Origin: Opitutales bacterium
GTDB taxonomy: Bacteria > Verrucomicrobiota > Verrucomicrobiia > Opitutales > Coraliomargaritaceae
DNA: 32,000 bases
Direction: 5' to 3'
NCBI GenBank assembly: GCA_049606355.1
Contig: JBMYVL010000007.1
Location: 55,406-87,405 of the forward strand
A program made the position numbers and the translations under genes. Under the pieces are notes generated by a model that was not told the DNA's origin, ran no database searches, and was given only the letters and a program-made list of their open reading frames with translations. This document shows, piece by piece, positions 27,229-32,000 of the stretch (its first letter is position 1; each line of letters starts with the position of its first letter).

Positions 27229-27273
27229 GTCCGATTCGTATGACGAATGGAAACACTGCTATAAAAGCATGAA

Positions 27274-28242
27274 TCAAGCCCTAGCCGGCATGGCTTGAAT
27301 CGCGTGGTATAAGCGCTCTAACTCAGGCAGCTCCAATCCCATAGCCTGCCCGCGGCGCAAAGGCTCCCCCCAGATTGATTCAATCTCAATCGGCTTCCCC
27401 TGCAGGTAATCAATCAATGATGACGGTTGATAGGCACCCATACGATCCGTCACATCAAACTGCCCCTGGATGAAAGCGTCTGAAATCGAGTAGCCGGCAT
27501 GTGCCGCCACGCGACGAACCTCCTCCATCAAGCGCCGCGCCTGCGCCCGCAGGTCAGGATCTTTGAGAATGCGGTCGGTGGTGAGGCCGCCACCAGCAAT
27601 TGACAGCCCATTGAAGGGAATATTCCAGCAGAGCTTGCGCCAGAGCGCTGCATCGAGTTGCGCGGAGGCCGTCGCCGAGATCCCGGCTGCATTGAAGGTG
27701 CCGACAACGTCTTCAACCAACTGTGGCCAACGATCCTGCAACGAACCGATCTCCACTCGTCCGGGAAGAAAATTTTCAACCACGCCAGGAGCGGTCCGAT
27801 TGACACACACAAAACAAAGTCCAGCGAGGATCGGATTTTCCGGAAAATGCTGCGCCAAAAATTCGGCATTGCCCATCCCATTTTGTAATGTCAGCAGCGC
27901 GGTATGCGCTGGCTGCACCAACGGCCGTAAACTACTCAAGAGCTCTGGATTGACGGTCGACTTCGCTGCAATAAGCACGCAGTCAACTGGACCAATGTCT
28001 TTAGGCTCAGTCGTTATCAAATTCGGGCGCGCACAAACTTCGGTTTTCAGTTGAGGCGCCTCGGCTGCTACAGCTTCAGCTTGCATCATCCGCAGGCGAA
28101 TGCCTGCTGCAGATAAGGCAGCTGCATCACTGCGGGCCAACACAGATAGATGCACGCCGTGCTGTATCAGCAGGCCGCCATAGTAGAGCCCTATGGCTCC
28201 GGGGCCAACCAGTGCCCACCGTGTTTGCACCGCCAATGCCAT
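27274..28242 (-). CDS. panE: 2-dehydropantoate 2-reductase (ketopantoate reductase, ApbA/PanE family)
   Basis: WALVGPGAIGLYYGGLL Rossmann N-terminus. The C-terminal domain has KLCWNIPFNGLS and SSLIDYLQGKPIEIESI. Its ATG shares one base with the nadB stop (TAATG). Confidence 0.85.
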   Translation of the reverse strand: MALAVQTRWALVGPGAIGLYYGGLLIQHGVHLSVLARSDAAALSAAGIRLRMMQAEAVAAEAPQLKTEVCARPNLITTEPKDIGPVDCVLIAAKSTVNPELLSSLRPLVQPAHTALLTLQNGMGNAEFLAQHFPENPILAGLCFVCVNRTAPGVVENFLPGRVEIGSLQDRWPQLVEDVVGTFNAAGISATASAQLDAALWRKLCWNIPFNGLSIAGGGLTTDRILKDPDLRAQARRLMEEVRRVAAHAGYSISDAFIQGQFDVTDRMGAYQPSSLIDYLQGKPIEIESIWGEPLRRGQAMGLELPELERLYHAIQAMPARA

Positions 28243-29846
28243 TAGTCCACGCGCAAGCAGCTGTCGGCAATGGTTTCGCTCTTTTGCAAATGGTCGAGCG
28301 TGTAGTGTAAGCCGCGGCTCTCCTCACGCTGCAGCGCGCAGTCGACGATGAGTGCCGCCACCAGTACCATGTTACGCAGCTCCAACAAGCCCACATCGAC
28401 TTTGAAATTCCAGTAGTACTCATTGATTTCACGCTCAAGAACCTCAATCCGTGTACGCGCCCGCTCCAAACGTTTGTCGGTGCGCACAATACTCACGTAA
28501 TCCCACAGCGTGCGCTTCAGCTCATCTCGATTGTGAGTCAGAATCACGCGCTCGTCAGAATCCCGAAAATCGCCATCGACCCAATCCGGCAGCGGGATTG
28601 CCGCTGGCTGCTCCTGCGCGAGATCTTCCAGCACCGCGGCAGCACCGCGGTTTGCCATCACGACCGCCTCCAACAGCGAATTGCTCGCCAAGCGATTGGC
28701 ACCATGTAAGCCGGTGCAGGCGACCTCACCACACGCGTACAGCCCAGCGAGGTCTGTTTTGCTGTCCAGTTGGGTTTTGACGCCACCGCAGAGGTAGTGC
28801 GCAGCCGGCACCACAGGAATCATATCGCGCTCCAATGCAATCCCTTGTTGCGCACAATAATCATAGATGTTGGGGAAGCGCTCGTGCAAGGTCGCGAGCG
28901 GGATCGAACGCACATCCAACCATACATGCCGGGCGCCCGACTGTTTCATTTCAGCATCAATCGCCCGCGCAACAATATCTCGCGGGGCCAGATCCTTGCG
29001 CGAATCGTAGCGCTCCATGAAGGCCTCGCCAGACAGATTCCGCAGAATCGCACCTTCGCCACGCACCGCCTCGCTGATAAGGAAGCGCTCCCCCTCTGTG
29101 GTATAAAACGCGGTTGGGTGGAATTGTATAAATTCCATATTGCGAATTTCAACACCGGCTCGATACGCCATCGCAATGCCATCACCGGTCGCAATGGACG
29201 GGTTCGTTGTATATTCATACACCTGCCCGATTCCGCCTGTGGCCAAAAGAACGGCCCGTGCAGCAAAAGTCTCCACAACTTCAGTCGTCTCATTGAGGAC
29301 ATACAGCCCCAGCACACGGTCTACCCCCTGCGCGTCGGCTGTCATCTGCCGACTCAGTTTTTTGGTGGTGATCAAATCGACGGCGAAGTGATGCTCCAGT
29401 GTCTCAATATGGGGAGACTCGGCGACCGCATGCAGCAAGGCCTGTTCGATGGCTTTACCTGTGACATCTTTGACATGAAGAATCCGGCGCTTAGAATGTC
29501 CCCCTTCTTTGCCCAACGAAACACGCCCATCCTCCAATTGGGTAAAAGCAACCCCACGCTGTACCAAGGCATCGATACTCGCCGGCCCATCTCGCAAAAT
29601 TTCCCGCACGGCAGCTTCGTCGCATAGGCCATCCCCGGCATCGAGAGTGTCAGCGACATGCATCTCGATATCATCGGTTTGCGAGGTGACCGCAGCGATC
29701 CCACCCTGCGCGTAATTTGTATTCGATTCAGCTGAGTTCTTTTTTGTGATAATTGCGACCCGCTGACCCGCTTCCGCTACTTTGAGCGCGAAACTGAGGC
29801 CCGCAATCCCACTACCAACAACAATGACGTCGTATTTATGGTGCAT
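28242..29846 (-). CDS. nadB: L-aspartate oxidase
   Basis: YDVIVVGSGIAGLS FAD fold with YAQGGIAA, MEFIQFHPT, RGEGAILRN and GLYACGEVACTGLHGANRLASNSLLE blocks. Confidence 0.92.
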   Translation of the reverse strand: MHHKYDVIVVGSGIAGLSFALKVAEAGQRVAIITKKNSAESNTNYAQGGIAAVTSQTDDIEMHVADTLDAGDGLCDEAAVREILRDGPASIDALVQRGVAFTQLEDGRVSLGKEGGHSKRRILHVKDVTGKAIEQALLHAVAESPHIETLEHHFAVDLITTKKLSRQMTADAQGVDRVLGLYVLNETTEVVETFAARAVLLATGGIGQVYEYTTNPSIATGDGIAMAYRAGVEIRNMEFIQFHPTAFYTTEGERFLISEAVRGEGAILRNLSGEAFMERYDSRKDLAPRDIVARAIDAEMKQSGARHVWLDVRSIPLATLHERFPNIYDYCAQQGIALERDMIPVVPAAHYLCGGVKTQLDSKTDLAGLYACGEVACTGLHGANRLASNSLLEAVVMANRGAAAVLEDLAQEQPAAIPLPDWVDGDFRDSDERVILTHNRDELKRTLWDYVSIVRTDKRLERARTRIEVLEREINEYYWNFKVDVGLLELRNMVLVAALIVDCALQREESRGLHYTLDHLQKSETIADSCLRVD

Positions 29847-29894
29847 GGATAAAAACAGAAATGAAGCCAGTCGTGAGAAATGCCCGACGATCGA

Positions 29895-30737
<843 letters not shown>

Positions 30738-30814
30738 TAGAATAAAACTAGAGCTATACCGCAGGTCGTAGTCTATCACAATACAAATCAAATCCTTACA
30801 AAGTCCAGAAAACC

Positions 30815-32000
30815 ATGAGCGATCCTTACATACAGGAACTCTTCGCCGAGCGCATTGGCGGCAAAGAATACGGCAAATCCACTGCGATCTATAAGTTTGA
30901 AAAAATCAAACGTGCCAAAAACGCGGCAAAATTAGCAAAGCCGGAAGTAGCACTGATTGACATGGGAGTTGGTGAGCCCGACGAGATGGCCTTCCCTGTC
31001 GTCGTACAATCACTGCAAGACGAAGCCGCTAAACCTGAGAATCGTGGCTATGCCGACAATGGCGGTGAAGACTACAAAAAAGCGGCTGCTCAATATATGG
31101 ATGAGGTCTTCGGAGTGAGCGATCTGAACTGGGAGACTGACATCATTCACTCCATTGGCTCAAAAACGGCGCTCTCCATGTTACCTGCCTGTTTTATCAA
31201 TGCAGGTGATTATGTTCTCATGACAGTACCCGGATACCCGGTACTCGGCACCCACGCGAAATACTATGGTGGTGAAGTGTACAACATGCCACTGGAAGCA
31301 TCGAACCATTTCCTGCCCGACCTGAATGCGATCCCAGACGACGTGGTCGCTAAGGCGAAAATCATGGTCTTGAATTATCCGAACAACCCAACCGGTGCCT
31401 CGGCAACGCTTGAGTTTTTCAAGGAGGCCGTCGCTTTTGCCAAAGCCAACAATCTCATCATCATTCAAGATGCCGCTTATGCCTCACTGATTTTCGATGG
31501 CAAACCAACATCGATCTTCCAGGTAGACGGCGCGAAGGATGTCGCGATCGAACTACACTCGCTATCGAAGAGCTACAACATGACGGGCTGGCGAATTGGA
31601 TTTGTTGTTGGCAATCCACTCATCGTCAAAGCTTACGGCGACATGAAAGACAACTCGGACTCCGGGCAATTTCTGGCGATCCAAAAAGCAGCTGCAACCG
31701 CGCTTGCCAATCCACAGATCACTGAAGCCATTGCCGCGAAATATTCACGGCGTATGGACCTGCTCGTTGACGCGCTCAAGCAGAACGGTTTCTCCGCCAA
31801 GAAGCCACAAGGCAGCTTCTTTCTGTATGTAGCAGCCCCGAAGTCAGCGACCATTGACGGGGCAATCACCGAATTCGAATCCGGAGAGGCCTTCAGCCAG
31901 TGGCTGATTACCAACGAACTGATCAGCACTGTGCCGTGGGATGACTGCGGTAACTTCGTGCGTTTCTCCGTGACTTTCGCCGCGCAAGGCGAAGACGCTG
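30815..32000 (+). CDS. class I/II PLP aminotransferase, LL-diaminopimelate aminotransferase-like; the 3' end lies beyond the window
   Basis: Not in the ORF track because there is no stop in the window. My translation from ATG 30815 reads MSDPYIQELFAERIGGKEYGKSTAIYKFEKIKRAK...IDMGVGEPD...NYPNNPTG...SLSKSYNMTGWRIGF (PLP lysine). The frame is open to base 32000. Confidence 0.8.
   Translation, partial: MSDPYIQELFAERIGGKEYGKSTAIYKFEKIKRAKNAAKLAKPEVALIDMGVGEPDEMAFPVVVQSLQDEAAKPENRGYADNGGEDYKKAAAQYMDEVFGVSDLNWETDIIHSIGSKTALSMLPACFINAGDYVLMTVPGYPVLGTHAKYYGGEVYNMPLEASNHFLPDLNAIPDDVVAKAKIMVLNYPNNPTGASATLEFFKEAVAFAKANNLIIIQDAAYASLIFDGKPTSIFQVDGAKDVAIELHSLSKSYNMTGWRIGFVVGNPLIVKAYGDMKDNSDSGQFLAIQKAAATALANPQITEAIAAKYSRRMDLLVDALKQNGFSAKKPQGSFFLYVAAPKSATIDGAITEFESGEAFSQWLITNELISTVPWDDCGNFVRFSVTFAAQGEDA

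Noticed and set aside
28770-29627. 285-aa ORF antisense to nadB
   Set aside because: nadB on the minus strand has many canonical blocks. The antisense product is Arg-rich and featureless.

Overview
Gene-dense, moderately GC-rich chromosomal window with about 37 protein genes and one tRNA. I saw no rRNA, CRISPR array, transposase or integrase. Most genes are housekeeping: dGTPase-like, cstA, ribE, cysK, infA, tadA, sodA, der, an AlaR/AlaT-like pair, fabI, phr, a phosphohexomutase, a UDP-sugar pyrophosphorylase, ftsB, nth, panE, nadB, panC and a DapL-like aminotransferase. The gene content (prepilin-type protein, DapL-like enzyme, UAP1-type pyrophosphorylase, mostly Shine-Dalgarno-less starts) suggests a PVC-superphylum or Verrucomicrobiota-like organism, but this is low-confidence inference. 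Four regions look accessory or unusual. (1) 13.6-20.3 kb: seven tightly packed minus-strand genes join a photolyase to a TIGR01777-type SDR, a flavin oxidoreductase, a FabZ-like/FabI pair and an OleA-like/OleB-like pair, with no OleC or OleD nearby. This is my top candidate for an undescribed lipid or hydrocarbon pathway. (2) 2.6-5.4 kb: an ars operon of arsR, a 60-aa peptide, an arsP-like permease, arsC and an aquaglyceroporin. The peptide carries CC-x9-CC and ends in Cys-Cys, and the ArsR also ends in Cys-Cys. (3) 10.8-11.8 kb: a visibly lower-GC patch with an orphan prepilin-type gene and palindromic sites. (4) 26.2-27.2 kb: a bacterial PH-domain gene next to an uncharacterised membrane protein. 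All functional calls come from motif recognition by eye; no database search was possible.
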